The notes beneath the pieces were generated by a model. The model saw only the letters and a list, made by a program, of their open reading frames with translations, had not been told where the DNA came from and ran no database searches. From Octopus sinensis (Eukaryota): a stretch of 64,000 bases of DNA. Where the stretch lies: positions 99,634,001 through 99,698,000 of the forward strand of contig NC_042999.1 of assembly GCF_006345805.1 (NCBI RefSeq), written 5' to 3'. This document shows positions 1 through 13,164 of this stretch, one piece after another (the first letter of the stretch is position 1; every line of letters begins with the position of its first letter). The translations under genes and the position numbers were made by a program.

Positions 1-165
1 CCCCATCATTGCTTGACAACTAGTGGTAAAGATTTGTGTGTCGCTGTAAATTACCAGTTTGGCAAAACAGATCAAAGGAATAAGTTTAACGTGAACAGCC
101 CTAGGGTCGATTTATTGGACTAAAATTTCAAGGCTAATGTCTGAAACAAGTAAAAAATAAAAGTG
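1..165 (+). mobile_element. Degenerate 3' part of SINE family A
   Basis: attgcttgacaac...ggcaaaa...gaataag...gggtcgattt...ctgaaacaagtaaaa aligns with the 3' half of the intact copy at 30057-30453. Confidence 0.55.
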
Positions 166-940
166 AAAAGATATCTATTCACTCTACTTGGCATATTATG
201 TTCTGTTCCAGATAATTCTTGCCGTATGTAAAATATATTTTTATGACATGCATTCATACATACACACATGCAAACGTACGTACATAAGTACATACATACA
301 TACATATATATACATACATGCATGCATACATACATGCATACATACATATACCACGCATAATTATAAATACATAACGTACATATGTACGTATATATCTGCA
401 TATGTTTATATCGTAAATTTTATACTTTACTCTTCGTATCCTATTGTTCTGCACATGCATACATTTTGATACATGATTCACAGTCACAGCTCTTAATTTT
501 AGCGCACCTTTTAACTATCACGTGTACATCTTATCCGATTATCTTAAGTTTTGAATATGACAAGATAAATCCCCTTTCCCATGTAACTTAAGCAATTCAT
601 CCAACTGCATTTGAAAAACAACTTTCGACCATTCAAAATGCTTCATTTTGGTGCCTCGCTACTTGAACAACTTGCTGGAGCCCACTCTTCCTAAACAGCA
701 AGAAATAAAAGGGTTCTATGAGGTTTGCATTCTCAAATTGGTACATAAATTCATTCGTTTATATGGTTACATATAGGCATTTCGGTGAGCATACAACAAT
801 GTGAAGTTACTTTATGCTGCCGCACCTATATAACACGTCTCGTGAAATTAACAGTACTTATGTCATTGTTTATCTTGCATATATTATAAACTGCGGCTAA
901 TCTATATTTCAAAATGATTAATTTTTATGCTCTGTATATT

Positions 941-1091
941 CTTTTCTACTCTAGGCACAAGGCCCGAAATTTAGGGGGAGAGGCCCAATCGATTTGATCG
1001 ACCTCAGTACGCAGCTGGCACTTAAATTATCGACCCCCGAAAGGATGAAAGGCAAAGCCGACCTCGGTGGAATTTGAACTCAGAACGTAAA
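941..1091 (-). mobile_element. SINE family C, 3' part, interrupted at 1091 by the composite insertion
   Basis: ggcacaaggcccgaaatt...gacccccgaaaggatgaaaggcaaagccgacctcggtggaatttgaactcagaacgtaaa matches the reverse complement of the copies at 17092-17490 and the minus copy at 57330-57565. Confidence 0.85.
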
Positions 1092-1275
1092 TGCAGTTCT
1101 ATATTTAAGAGATGAGGAACTATGTACATTATTTATATTATTCATATTTTACGGTTATTTGTCCCCATCTTGTGTGTTGTTAATACAACGTTTCGGCTGA
1201 TATACTCTGCAGCTTTCATCAGATGTCTTGGGGAAATTTCGAACCTGGGTTCTCATTCCTAAGGTATTTCACTGT
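1092..1275 (-). mobile_element. Hammerhead-bearing 3' module of a composite non-autonomous element (left arm)
   Basis: Reverse complement of 7451-7599 (aaataccttaggaatgagaaccc...ctgatga...gaaacgttg...aatgta), with extra 3' sequence ending at 1092. Confidence 0.85.
1182..1227 (-). ncRNA. Minimal type I hammerhead ribozyme, slightly decayed
   Basis: Minus strand reads GACAT-CTGATGA-AAGCTG-cagagtatat-CAGCC-GAAAC-GTT-GTATT: canonical core, stem II, palindromic AACGTT stem III, GUU triplet, stem I with one mismatch. Confidence 0.72.
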
Positions 1276-1282
1276 TGTTGTT

Positions 1283-1415
<133 letters not shown>

Positions 1416-1607
1416 TGTGTTTGACTTTTGCTTTACGTCTGTACAAGTTGGCTCCAAGTCTCACCCAGAGACCTCAAGAGACAACAGGTTGGAAGTTCAC
1501 GTTGTTGTTATGCCTAGTGTGCCATATATTTGGGGGGTTTGTTGGTGTTGTACTAGTGAATGCCTAATACATAAATTAAAAAAAAAAGTTTGTTATAAAC
1601 CTTGGGA

Positions 1608-2420
1608 TTACATAGAGAGTATTTTGCGTAGGATATGAGCAGTTCCCATGAGCACTATCTTTTGAATTTCTGCCATTTTGGGGTTTCCTGGTATCTGAGT
1701 TAGGTAGTAATCAGCCCCTTTCGCTATCATTCCCAGGGCACCTATGACAACAGGTATTGCTTTAGTCTTCAGGTGCCACATTTTGCTGATTTCTATTTCA
1801 AGATCTTTATATTTGCTCAGTTTTTGGTAGGTCTTGACAGATACGTTTATATCGATTGGGACAGTCATATCAATGAGGAGGCATGTTCTTTGTCTGAAGT
1901 CTTTCAATATGATGTCTGGCCTATTTGCATCTATCTTTCTGTCAGTTTGAATGGTGAAGTTCCAGAGGAGTGAGATGTGGTCATTTTCAAGCACTGGAGG
2001 TGGATTGTGTTCCCACCAGTTTTTTTCATGGGGCAAATCCAGGTTTTTGCAAATTACCCAGTGAATATATTGTGCAGCTCTATCATGCCTGTTGAGGTAC
2101 TCTGTAGTCGCTAGAAGACTGCATTTGGAGATAACATGATCAATGGTTTCATTTTGTTGTCGGCATACACGACATGTTGGGCTACTGCCGTTCTTTAATA
2201 TGTTGGCCAGGTAGTTTCTTGTTGGTAGGCATTGATCTTGAGCTGCTTTGATAAACCCTTCTGTTTCAGATTTTAAGCCAGAGGCCATTAGCCATTGATG
2301 GGTCAGGGCTTTGTCAATATCTTCATTATTCGCTCTCTTTGGGTATTTGCCATAGAGAGGTTTTTCTTGCCATTTATTATTCAGAATATCTAAGGCCGCA
2401 GTTTTGGCACGGGTTTTCAT
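1608..2420 (-). pseudogene. R4/Dong C-terminal CCHC knuckle and PD-(D/E)xK restriction-like endonuclease
   Basis: AAQDQCLPTRNY, CRVC-x8-HVISKC, RHD, NRPDIILKD, LLIDMTVP, KLSKYKDL, GALG motifs. Confidence 0.92.
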
Positions 2421-2908
2421 GCGCCTAGCTTTTTCTGTGCTTGTTTTCCTGTATATCTATCTGTAATTCCGAAATTTGTTGTATTCGGAATTCACTTAGA
2501 TATTCCTTTGCCTGTTTTGTTACTGAGTATGATGCTTTCTTGTTTTCATGTTTTGAGACAAGTTTTAACATCTAGTCTTCAGACTGTTTCAGGTAGGTGT
2601 CTAGGCCAATTATAGCAATCTTCATTGTTATTGCCAGTTGTAAAAGTCTACGGCCTTCCTCTTTTCTTGGCAGATAAAGTCGTTCTGTATCTGCCTTAGG
2701 GTGGTGCATTCTATGCATTGTCAACAGTTTTCTTATTTTTCTGTCGAGCTGACATATTTCAGTAATTGACCAGTTAACGATATTGAAACTGTAAGTCACG
2801 ACTGGTATGGCTAATGCATTGATCGCTTCGATCCTGTTTCTTGCATTCAGCTGTCTTGAGTATTGCTCTCACTCTTCGATAGCGTTCTCTCCTGATCCTT
2901 TCCTTCAT

Positions 2909-4135
2909 TTATGAATGCCTTATTCCTTCTCCTTCAATTACCCCTAGGTACTTGTAGCTCTCCGCTGGGTCTAGTTCTTTTATGACATTCTTCTGGTCAA
3001 GGTTAGTGTTAGATGTTTCTCTCATTTTTCCTTTGATAAAGGTAGCTTTTGCACATTTATCGAGGCCAAATTGCATTCTGATGTCGTTACTGAATTGTTT
3101 GACTATCGCTAGTAAGCCCTTGAGTTGTTGGTCATTTTTTGCAAAAAGCTTTAAATCATCCATGTAAATGAGATGATTTATATTTTTATCAAACATTTTA
3201 TACCCGTACTGCGCGTCATTGAGCAGTTTTGAGAGAGGTATTAAGGCTAAACAAAAGAAGAGTGGTGACAGTGAGTCACCCTGGAAAATGCCACACGAAA
3301 GTTTTACGTCACCAGCATTTAGTGATTCATTGTCACTGTTCAGAGTTAGTGTGGTTGTCCATGATCTCATACTTACAGTCAAAAGGTTTCGCAGAGTAGG
3401 TGCTATCTTATACATTTCCAGGCATTTCCTAATCCAGCTATGTGGTAGGCTATCAAAAGCCTTTTTATAGTCTATCCAGGCTATTGATAAGTTTTTGTGT
3501 CGTTTGTGACAATCTTCTAAGATCATCTTATTGATGAGTAGTTGATCTTTACAGCCGTAGGATCCACATTTACATCCCTTCTGTTCATTAGGGAATATGC
3601 TGCTGTCTGTTAAAAAACTATAAGTATATTCCGTCAGGACAGATGTTAGCGTTTTGTACATAGTTGTTAAGCAGGTTATGGGTCTATAGTTTTTTGGTTC
3701 ATTTGTTTCTTCACTTTTTGGAAGCAGGAATGTTAACCCATTAACTAGCCAAGGAGGCATCCTACTAGGGTGTTGCAAAACATCATTGTACAGTTCTGTT
3801 AGCAGTTCATGGCTCTCTGGGAAGGCATTCAGCCAGAAGTTAGGAATGTTATCCTTTCCTGGAGACTTCCATTTGCTTGACCTCCTGAGAGCAGATATTA
3901 TATCTTCTACCTTGACACCCTCCCACTTTTGCTCTTCTAAGGGATCCAGTTCTGTAGGTATTCTGTCAATCCAGGGGGCCTTTTCGTTGTGTGTTTTTTC
4001 TTCTGCCCAAATTTTATTCCAAAATCCCTGCACTTCTTCTTTTGATGGTACAGACCTTGCAGTAAACGCTGTAAAAATTCTTGGGGTTATTTTTGAACAT
4101 GTTGTTGTCCTTGAAAAATCTAACACGCTTTTCAT
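2909..4135 (-). pseudogene. R4/Dong reverse transcriptase domain
   Basis: KSPGKDNI, NYRPITCL, QKGC, WIDYKKAFDS, GIFQGDSLSP, YMDDLKLF, FGLDKCA, YKYLG motifs. Confidence 0.95.
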
Positions 4136-4181
4136 ACCTCGCTATGCGGGCAGCTTTGGCAGATACCGTTTGTTTGATGGT

Positions 4182-5228
4182 TTATATGGTGGCATCAATA
4201 TCAAGTATAGTTTTCATATTATATATTTTCAGCAATGTTTGGGTTTTTGTAGGTTTGGTAGTCTTGTGAACCTTAAGGTTTTTCAAATATTCAATGTCAG
4301 ATCTAAATAGTTTAATTTGTTGTTGCGGACGCTCTTGCCGAGAAGGCTTTTTGTGGGAATGTTGCCGTTTTCTAATCTTTACACCACATAGGATCGTTGA
4401 GATTTTCGCGGATGCATAGTATAGGTGTTTGAGATTTGTGATATCAACATCATTAGCTGAAATTATATCCTTAAGTGCAAGCTGGATTTTACCAATTATT
4501 TTCATGTCTTGGTTAGAGTTGCGGATTTTAGGGAGTGTATCACGTTCATCCATGCTGGTTTCTTTAATTTTCAGCCATTCAATCGTGATTTGATTTTTTA
4601 GCTCATGTAGTTCTGTTGGGTCAATATTTGTGTGACTTTCTTTATCTATTTGATGTTCGTCTGTCTTAGTGTTTATGATTGGTTCAGGGAGTATTTCACT
4701 TTGCCTATCACTTATACTAACTCTTTCAATCCTTACTTCGTTTTTATCAGCCCTGGGCTGGTCTATAATTATTTCCTCTGTATTATCTTCTCTAGCTGCA
4801 GCTTCGTTCATTTTATCCGATATTGCTTGTCTAACTTGATCAATCTCTACTTCAGTCAGTAATTTTTTTTTTATAATGTTTCTTCTGACGTTGGCAAGTT
4901 TGTTACTGTCTATGTAGGGTCTTACTTCAGGGTGTTTCTGTCTCCAGTTTAAGTATGTTTGTACAGTGTTAGATTTATCTGTGGGGAAATATATGGCATG
5001 GTAGAAGGCCTCAAGAACTTTTTTATTATCTTCCCTAGACCATTTTTCCTTCTTTTTCTTTTGATTATTTGGTGACGAGCATGGATGGCCATCTGTTGGA
5101 ATATTCCGGTTGTGGGGTACGTCCAGCTCCTGTGTGTTGGGAAGATTTGATCCAGTAGCTGATTTTTCAATCAGAATTTGGTTCAATTTTCGGGGTACGT
5201 GGTCTTTTGTAATCCGCGCGACGACCAA
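4182..5228 (-). pseudogene. R4/Dong N-terminal region
   Basis: KWSREDNKKVLEAFY...KLANVRRNIIKKKLLTEVEIDQV segment, collinear and upstream of the RT. Confidence 0.75.
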
Positions 5229-6329
5229 TGCGGTTTATTGTTCGATTTGTTGACATTGAAGCATGACGAGCTTCCATTCTTATATTAGGAGATGGATCTA
5301 TCAGTTTAGGGTTCTCTACACGTAAGCATTGCTCGTAGCGCAGCTTCTTAAGGCTAGCTGATCTGTATTCATCTGTATTTTTTTGTTGATAGTTTTATCT
5401 CCGAACATTTTTTCCCCTTCTCTTCCTTTTTTCCTCTCTCTTTCTCTCTATCTCCTTCTTTCCCTTTTTCCTTCCTTCTTTTCCCTTCCTCTTTTAAACT
5501 TATAAAAGGCTCACTCTGCCTGTATTAGTTCGAAATAATGAGAATAAAATACGGAAAAAGAAAAGAAAAAAAAGGGATCTGTCAGTTATTATTGTTATTA
5601 CTATCACCTTCACCACCATCACCATCATCATCATCATCATCATCATCACCATCACCATCACCATCACCATCATCATCATCAATGACATTGTTTTATGTGT
5701 AGTCACAGCCACCATCATCACCACTACTGCCATTGTGTGGGGGAATGGTTGGTTAAAGAGGTCGTGTTCTATGGGTCTATAAATAGATTCAGCAGATGGT
5801 GGATACAAAGGACATTAATGGTCAGTAAAAGGTCAAACCTGTTTACATTTACTTTTTTTTCCTTTCTCTTTTCTTCCTTTCCACATACATATGAATATGT
5901 ATATGTATACTCACACACATATTATCTGATGTTTACGTCGATTTTTTTAAAATTTCTGTATTCAGATGTATGTATATATTAGCAGGTGCTTATTTCCATA
6001 ATTTTTTTATCGTGCATTTAATTGTGTTGTTACAATAAAAGGCAATTTAAAAGGCAATTTTACACATTCTTATAGTCATGAGAGACGACTAAATGTTCAC
6101 ACAAAATTGGAGATATTTATGTTTCTAATTTTCTTGTTAGGTGTACGTTTGTATGAGCTGTAGGTATGTAAGTTCCTTAACTTATTTTGAGGGAAATTCA
6201 AATTACTCATAGAAAACAGTAGATCTTCCAGTTTTCTACAGTTTTTTTCAGTTGTCCTACTGGGTTAGCTGTTGCCAGTTCAGAGCATCGGAAAAATACG
6301 TCCATCCTCTGTCACGTCCAGCCGCCTTC

Positions 6330-6330
6330 C

Positions 6331-6377
<47 letters not shown>

Positions 6378-6446
6378 ATTTTTCAGGTCACTGCCAGGAG
6401 TCGAACTCGGAATCTTGGGGTTATTAGCCCGCGCTCTTAACCACTA
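6330..6446 (-). mobile_element. tRNA-derived head (5'-truncated) plus (AAT)n of the left arm of the composite element
   Basis: Minus strand: tagtggttaagagcgcgggctaataaccccaagattccgagttcgactcctggcagtgacctg then (aat)n. This is an inverted copy of 6497-6570. Confidence 0.85.
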
Positions 6447-6489
6447 GAGGGAGATCAAATTTACTAACGTGCAAGCAAGTAATTTTCTC

Positions 6490-6588
6490 GCCACGGGGCA
6501 TAAGGCGTAGTGGTTAAGATCGCGGGCTACTAACTCCAAGATTCCGAGTTCGATTCCAGGCAGGACCAGAATAATAATAATAATAATA

Positions 6589-6619
<31 letters not shown>

Positions 6620-6660
6620 TGATGATGATAACAACAACAACAATAATAATAATAAAAAAT
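6490..6660 (+). mobile_element. tRNA-derived head with Pol III A/B boxes plus (AAT)n of the right arm
   Basis: A-box-like aggcgtagtgg (6503-6513), B box GTTCGATTC (6548-6556), anticodon-loop-like CTACTAA, followed by (aat)n. Confidence 0.85.
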
Positions 6661-6666
6661 AACAAC

Positions 6667-7436
6667 ACTCATGTATGGATGAAGAGCTCAGGAGTGAAGG
6701 CTGAAGCCGAAGGTTTTATCATAGCAGCACAAGATCAAAGCTTGGCAACCACGGCTTACCGCAACAAAATAATGAACGATGGCACTGACCCGAGATGCAG
6801 AATGTGTCATGAGCAAGATGAAACTGTGGACCACTTCTTAACTGGATGCACAGCACTAGCAAAAACCGAATATATTCATAGATACAATAGAATAGCGCAA
6901 TATATCCATTGGAAGATATGTAAACACTACCAGCTTCCAACTTCAGAAAGATGGTACCAGCATAAACCTAAAACTGTGACCGGAAAAGATGATGTAACAG
7001 TACTCTGGGACATGCCAATGAACACCGATAAAGAAATCAAGGCAAACAGGCCGGACATAATAATCAAAGATGGGAAGGATAAGAAATGCTTAATGATAGA
7101 AGTGACAGTACCATCAGAGAGAAATGTGTCCATTAAAGAGGTTGAGAAGTTATTTAAGTACAAAGAACTAGAAATAGGAGTAACCAATGTGGGGAATGAA
7201 AAGCAGCACAGCACCAGTGGTGATTTGAGCGTTAGGGCTAATTAAAAAGGACCTTGATAAGCAGCTCAACAAACTCCCTTGCAGTGTTAATGCTGGAGAA
7301 CTTCAGAAAATAGTGTTGCCATGTTCCGTACTCATTTTATGCCGTGTACTCTCCATGAGATGAGGATCTGCTGTGACCCTAGGGTCAAGAGATGACCCCG
7401 GTTCAGTAGAAAACGGACCATATTTTATTTTAAAAC
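6667..7436 (+). mobile_element. 5'-truncated R4/Dong LINE (endonuclease end) between (AAT)n tracts
   Basis: WMKSSGVKAEAEGFIIAAQDQSLAT, CRMC-x8-HFLTGC, NRPDIIIKD, LMIEVTVP motifs. Protein sequence differs from the 1415-5390 copy. Confidence 0.92.
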
Positions 7437-7450
7437 AATAATAATAATAA

Positions 7451-7599
7451 CATCGAAAAATACCTTAGGAATGAGAACCCAAGTTCGAAATTTCCCAAGA
7501 AACCTGATGAAGTCTGGAGGGTATATCAGCAGAAACGTTGTGTTAACAAGAGACAAGATGAGGACACATATCCGTCAAATGTAAATAATGTAAATAACG
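7451..7599 (+). mobile_element. Hammerhead-bearing 3' module, right arm
   Basis: catcgaaaaataccttaggaatgagaaccc...ctgatga...gaaacgttgtgttaac...aatgtaaataacg; inverted relative to 1092-1275. Confidence 0.85.
7499..7544 (+). ncRNA. Minimal type I hammerhead ribozyme, decayed in stem II
   Basis: GAAAC-CTGATGA-AGTCTG-gagggtatat-CAGCA-GAAAC-GTT-GTGTT. Confidence 0.68.
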
Positions 7600-7676
7600 T
7601 CAGAACATAGAGACAGACGAAATACCACTAAGCATTTCGTCCGGTGTGCTAACGTTTCTGCCTGCTCGCCACATTT
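7600..7676 (-). mobile_element. SINE family C, 5' part; continuation of 941-1091
   Basis: tcagaacatagagacagacgaaataccactaagcatttcgtccggtgtgctaacg is what follows gaactcagaacgtaaa in other family C copies, e.g. 57476-57540. Confidence 0.82.
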
Positions 7677-9464
7677 GCGCACTATATATTCACTCTTCTA
7701 GTGTTTCTTAAAGACATTGAATTTCAATAGTGAATTTTTTTCATTTACCAAGCAGAACAGGCTTAACTTTCGTACTAGAAATGATCTACCAAGTTTTACA
7801 TCATAAAAAGTATCTAATTTGAGAAAGTTTACATACTGAAGCACGTATCACGATTGTATACACAGTGTATTGACTGTTATATTGTTTTACCAGTGAGAAC
7901 AGTCGATATTTCATCTTTAAGTTGGGACATAGAAAACTTTAGGGAAATATACAACCAATGAAAAGTATTTGTGTGTGTCTGTGTGTGTTTGTGCATGTGT
8001 CTACATGCAGATATGGATATATATGTAAATATATATGTACAGATATATGTAGAACCTTCGCCGACGTTTATGTTTCCTACATCGTCTATGCACATCCACA
8101 TAGACATTTATATGAGTGTGTATACGTTTATATATCCATGTACTTATGTATGTATGTATGTATGTATGTATGTATGTACGTATGTATGTATCTATATAGG
8201 TAGGTAGGTAGGTCGGTAGGTATGTATGTAGGTATGTATGTAGGTATGTAGGTATGTAGGTATGTATGTAGGTATGTATGTATGTATGTATGTATGTACG
8301 TACGTACGTATCTATGCATGCATATATGCAAGTATGTATGTAGTGTGTGTGTGTGTAGTTGTGTGTGTGCATGTGTTTTATATCTTGCTTCGCAGGCGAA
8401 GGATGAATGCACGAGGGAGAAAACCTACAAAACTTTCCTTTCGAATTGAAATACCCAATGCGACATTTGCGTGGCTAAGTTGTACCAGAAACCCTTGCCG
8501 TGAGCATATCATTGTTCTATTGCAAACTTTTAGCCAATGGTGTTATAATTTCCAAAGATTTATATAAATAAATATGTGTTTCTTAGCCGACAGAGGGCTA
8601 GATTACCCAACACCAATACCTAAGATTACGGTAGAGTGTTGCTTGAGGGAGATTCGTATTGAATTTACGATAGTGGCAGATTCTCTGCGAATTGCCCTAA
8701 TGAAATGCAGAGAACTGCAAGGCTAATTAAAAGAAGAATAATTTCTGACAAAAATCGGTGTATTTTGTCACACATTAATTTCTATTGCAAAATAATTTCC
8801 CGTGTTAATTAGAGAAAATCGCAACAGAAGTTATTAAAAGAAGACAAGAACTTAACAGTTTTTTTAAATTCTGGGTATGATTGCTTTCACTCTTTATCTT
8901 AATCAGAACAAATAACAATTATCCTATCCACTTCAACAGATCTAAGATAATATGAACATGGGGAATATAGGACAGGGAATATTGCATTTATTTTCTTCCG
9001 GAATGAATTTGCACAATCCCACATGTATTAGGTTCAATTAAGTCTTCCAATTAACTTGATGTTTACATTCTTTTATGGGTCAGCTGCTCTCTTCATTTGA
9101 ACAACGTCATTTCTTTACCAATAATTTTGCTGAATTCTTCTATCAATATCATCAGCTAGTTATAACAACTTACAGACAAAAATAACGCATCCACACACTC
9201 ATCAGGTTGTAAGGAAAATATACTAAGAGAGTATTAGTAAATTCTAAATAACAGCTTTAATGCCGCAGCTAGTTTACCAGGTCAAATCCGATTCAGCGGA
9301 TTTATGATGAATGACCATATTTTGTTCACTTACGGTGTAGTCTACGATGAAATTACCTAATTTGTGCCTCTGGCTCATTCCGATTCTATATTTATTTATT
9401 TTATAGATACATAAATACACTCAAACACACATACTTTCATATATATATATACATACATACATAT

Positions 9465-9513
<49 letters not shown>

Positions 9514-9690
9514 TATATATATAGTGTTTATTTATTAGTATTTATGTACTTTTTGTGATCTGGATAAATGTTTTATCATATATTTTATTTTTTCTATATG
9601 ATATGCTTTATGTCTCTTAATGTTTGAATTACATAATAGTGGTTTTTCTCTAATTTATATATATACACTTATATGACCACATTCATATTA

Positions 9691-9733
<43 letters not shown>

Positions 9734-9798
9734 AATATATATATATATATTAATACATACAAACACACACACACACACACACACACATGCATATATAT

Positions 9799-9829
<31 letters not shown>

Positions 9830-12800
9830 GATACAAGTGCACATTACAACGATGAAAACTTAGAGATCTATTATTTTTGATGACGAATTTCATAATTGCT
9901 CTATTCTGAATCCAATGCATGGCACTAGACACACGATATGTAAGTCACACTCATATTTTTAGTATAGCATGGTCAAATTAAAAGCTGTTTTACACACACG
10001 CGTGTACGCACACACACACTCACATATAATAATAATCTTCTAGGAAAATAAATCTAGCTATAAAAACCGACGCTTACTAAATCATAAAGGTCAAGGATCT
10101 AGTTATGCCTTCCAGCAAATGCCAAAAACCAATGGATGCAAGCATGTTCATTATAGAATAAAAATTGTAATATCTGTTACCTACATAACATTTATCATAT
10201 TGGCCTGTTATTGAATGCTCAACAAGTTGTTGGACATGCCCTTGCAAAACAAGCACAAAGAAATTTACGTTAGGTAAATGTCAATGAAAGAAACATTACG
10301 TGGATGCTGACCATCAAGAAATTGCAGCTCAATTTCTCGTGTAACATGCTTCTGTTTAAAGAAAAAGACATGGATCTACAGTAGATAGCATCATTTTAGA
10401 AACCTCTAGAAAGTTATTCTGATTACGGCTTCACTGTCTTCTCTCATTGTCTGCTCAAGATATGTCTGTCCTATGAAGAAACACAAATCCCCGAAAAGTT
10501 CACTGATTAAGCTTTGTTATGAACAGATTCATATTAATGTTATTGAATTTTGTAAGGATAAATACCAAATTCACCATAGATAGGATATGAAGTCGAAATG
10601 CATTGGTAGAAATTAACTAAAGTCGTTTTAGTTACCCCTAAAACATTAATGTACTCTACCATATTTTAATCTTAATGCCTAAACAGTTACAAATATTGCC
10701 ACTTGATAGCAGGTTCTGTGTTGGTTGTATGTCGCTATAAGACATTACCCTAAAATCAATTTTCATTTGACCACTAAAGTGTTTTAGAGCTTTATTAAAT
10801 GCAATACATGAGTAGAAAGCCATGGCAGTTTCAATTCCAAGAGAAGTCAGCCATCTCATTTCATGTCGTACCTATTATTTATGAACGTATTAATTTCCCA
10901 AAGATACACTAGATGAGAATAAGCAAGTGTATCAATGGGGACATTTCAAAATAGTCACACAACCAGTTGCAGACAAAAACAATCTCCCTGAGACCTGCTG
11001 TCTTGAAACGAATAATATATTGCATAAGATATATTGAGCCACACTATACCTGAAGAAATACGTATTCGAAATGTCTTTGATCATAGGTTTGTTCAGTCAA
11101 GTCCAACTTTTGCTTAAAGAGCAACTACATCAATGAGATCTTCGGGGTTGAGTTAACGATTCAATTACGGAAAATTTTAAATCTATTTCTATTTTTGTTT
11201 CAACATGGCCACTGCCATCAAAATGACTTGTATAAAGTTAGAGTTAATTTCAATTTCTTTCATGAATATTCCAAATCTATATTTCAATTATATTAATAAT
11301 GCATTTGAACATAAAATAGAATTATTCGTAAAGCGATATATTTTCCTCATCCAATTTCGTCAAACAATTTACAATAGTATTTTGTAGCATATTATAAAGT
11401 TTTGATTTTTGCAGAAGTTTCAATATGGCCTAATTTATATGATTATATGATTATACATCTATCTAAATTTTTTAAAATCTGTTTAGGTAAAGACTCAAAG
11501 TGTACACTACTCCACAATATTATCTAATTTCGTCAAAATATTATGCAAAGTTTTATAAGCTGCATATTACGAGATTATAAAAATATTAAGTAATAGTGAC
11601 ACATTACTAAATTTCGTTGGAAATGCGCTTGATATCAAATTATTCAGAGTAACATTTGATCAGTCAAAACAAATTGATGAATAGTTGAACTTTTTTTCTT
11701 CCATTAGCGAAGCGAAGCTTTTCTATCATTGAATGCACCAGTTTTTAAGCAAGTAGTTTCTCTATTTTTCATGTGTTATATCTACCTGTCACGTATTATT
11801 AATATCTTGTTTTATAAAGACTCTTCACATTTCTTTTAGGCTTCTCTTCATTGGAAAAATGACTACGAATATTAAGCTCTAGCGACAGAAAGAAGATATC
11901 TAGACATATATTTAATTTAGAATCTGTATTGGTAAAATTTGATATTACCGCTTAGGCCACGGTAGGATCACATAAAACTGATGATGTATAGTTGGTGTCA
12001 AAATAAACATATTGTGTAAGCTGGTGATCAAATTCCTGACTTGTCATGCAATCTAGGTCACGCGTCTAGCTATATTTGTTGTATAACAACAACGGTCAAC
12101 TTATTCTTTATTTCCTCTCAATCAGAAATCGCCCTCGGCCGGATCTTTTCTCTATCTTTTTTCCTCTTTCTCCGAGTCTGTTTCGTTATGCCTGGTTTTC
12201 CAGGTTTGAATTCCCCGAAAGTCGCATCTCAGTTTCCTGCCATAAGAGTCACACTTGTTATCAAATAAAGAAGTAACATTTACCTCTTGAAAAAGAAGCA
12301 ATTTATTGCTTCTTTTGGCGTTTTCTTTCTTCTGTGTATAAAAATTTAGAATCTATTTTATATTATTTTTATCTTGACATTAGCCATTATGTAAAGTTTG
12401 CATGTATGTGTGCAATGTAAATTTATAGACAACCTGCAATATCAATTACCGAATAAGGAAATTTTTTGCTGAAGACCATAGTGCTAAAACTGTTTGAAAA
12501 GTCAACTAATACAAGAGAAAGTGCATAAAGTTCACTAAAATAATACTAGTGTCAAATTTATACAATTGTCATGACGATACAAACATTTCTTTTTCAATTC
12601 TTTAAAACTGACGTATTGATATATAAAAACTATTTTTATTCTTTTTTCACTTTGATAGATATATTAAATGTCCTTTCATTGAAAGGTATGTGGTAACCTT
12701 GTTCTCTGCACAACCTTTCAATGTGTATGATACTTAGGTTCAAATTCAGAAAACTGTTGCTTGCTGTATAACATGAACAAGGAGGGACACTAGACAGACA

Positions 12801-13164
12801 ATCTCAGTTCTGGAGAGAAAAATTTGTGCTTAGTTAAAATTTTAGCAAAGGAACATACTGAAGATAACAAAAAGAAGAGAAGTGTAGTCCTGTTTAGAGG
12901 TTGTGTGCTATTTTAGAGAAGATAAAGTTGAAGTAGCAGAAAAAATTCCCAAATAAACATGAGAACCACTTATTTTGTAGGGTATTGTTAAATCTGTAAA
13001 TGAAATGATAATCATTTTCATTTTATTAAACTGCAATATCTGCGCGTTTCTTATATGCCTACATATGCGTGTGTGCTTGCGCGCGCGCGCGTGTGTGTGT
13101 GTCTGTGCGTGTGTGTGTGTGTGTGTGTGTGCGTGCGTGTGTGTGTGTGTGTGTGTGTACTAAC

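Noticed and set aside
5280-6330. HDV-like ribozyme at the Dong 5' end
   Set aside because: I could not build the P1/P2/P3 nested pseudoknot by eye in either candidate block; an RNArobo/Infernal search would be needed.
6497-6570. Possible tRNA gene (also the SINE heads at 29750-29822, 30057, 54522)
   Set aside because: A/B boxes are present, but the acceptor and anticodon stems do not pair fully and the heads run into repeat bodies; they are SINE heads.
8930-9000. Minus-strand IPHVHIIL resembling the Helitron Rep HUH motif
   Set aside because: The flanking residues (EFQ.RG) are missing and no other Rep or helicase motifs are collinear.
11050-11075. CTGAAGA-aatacgtatt-CGAAA-tgtc hammerhead-like string
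   Set aside because: Stem I cannot form and the stem II closing pair is mismatched; at best an unrecognisable relic.
12287-12316. TTGAAAA followed by an 11-bp perfect hairpin and T-rich run
   Set aside because: No GAAA or stem III follows, so it is not a hammerhead. A terminator-like look is meaningless in this eukaryotic context.
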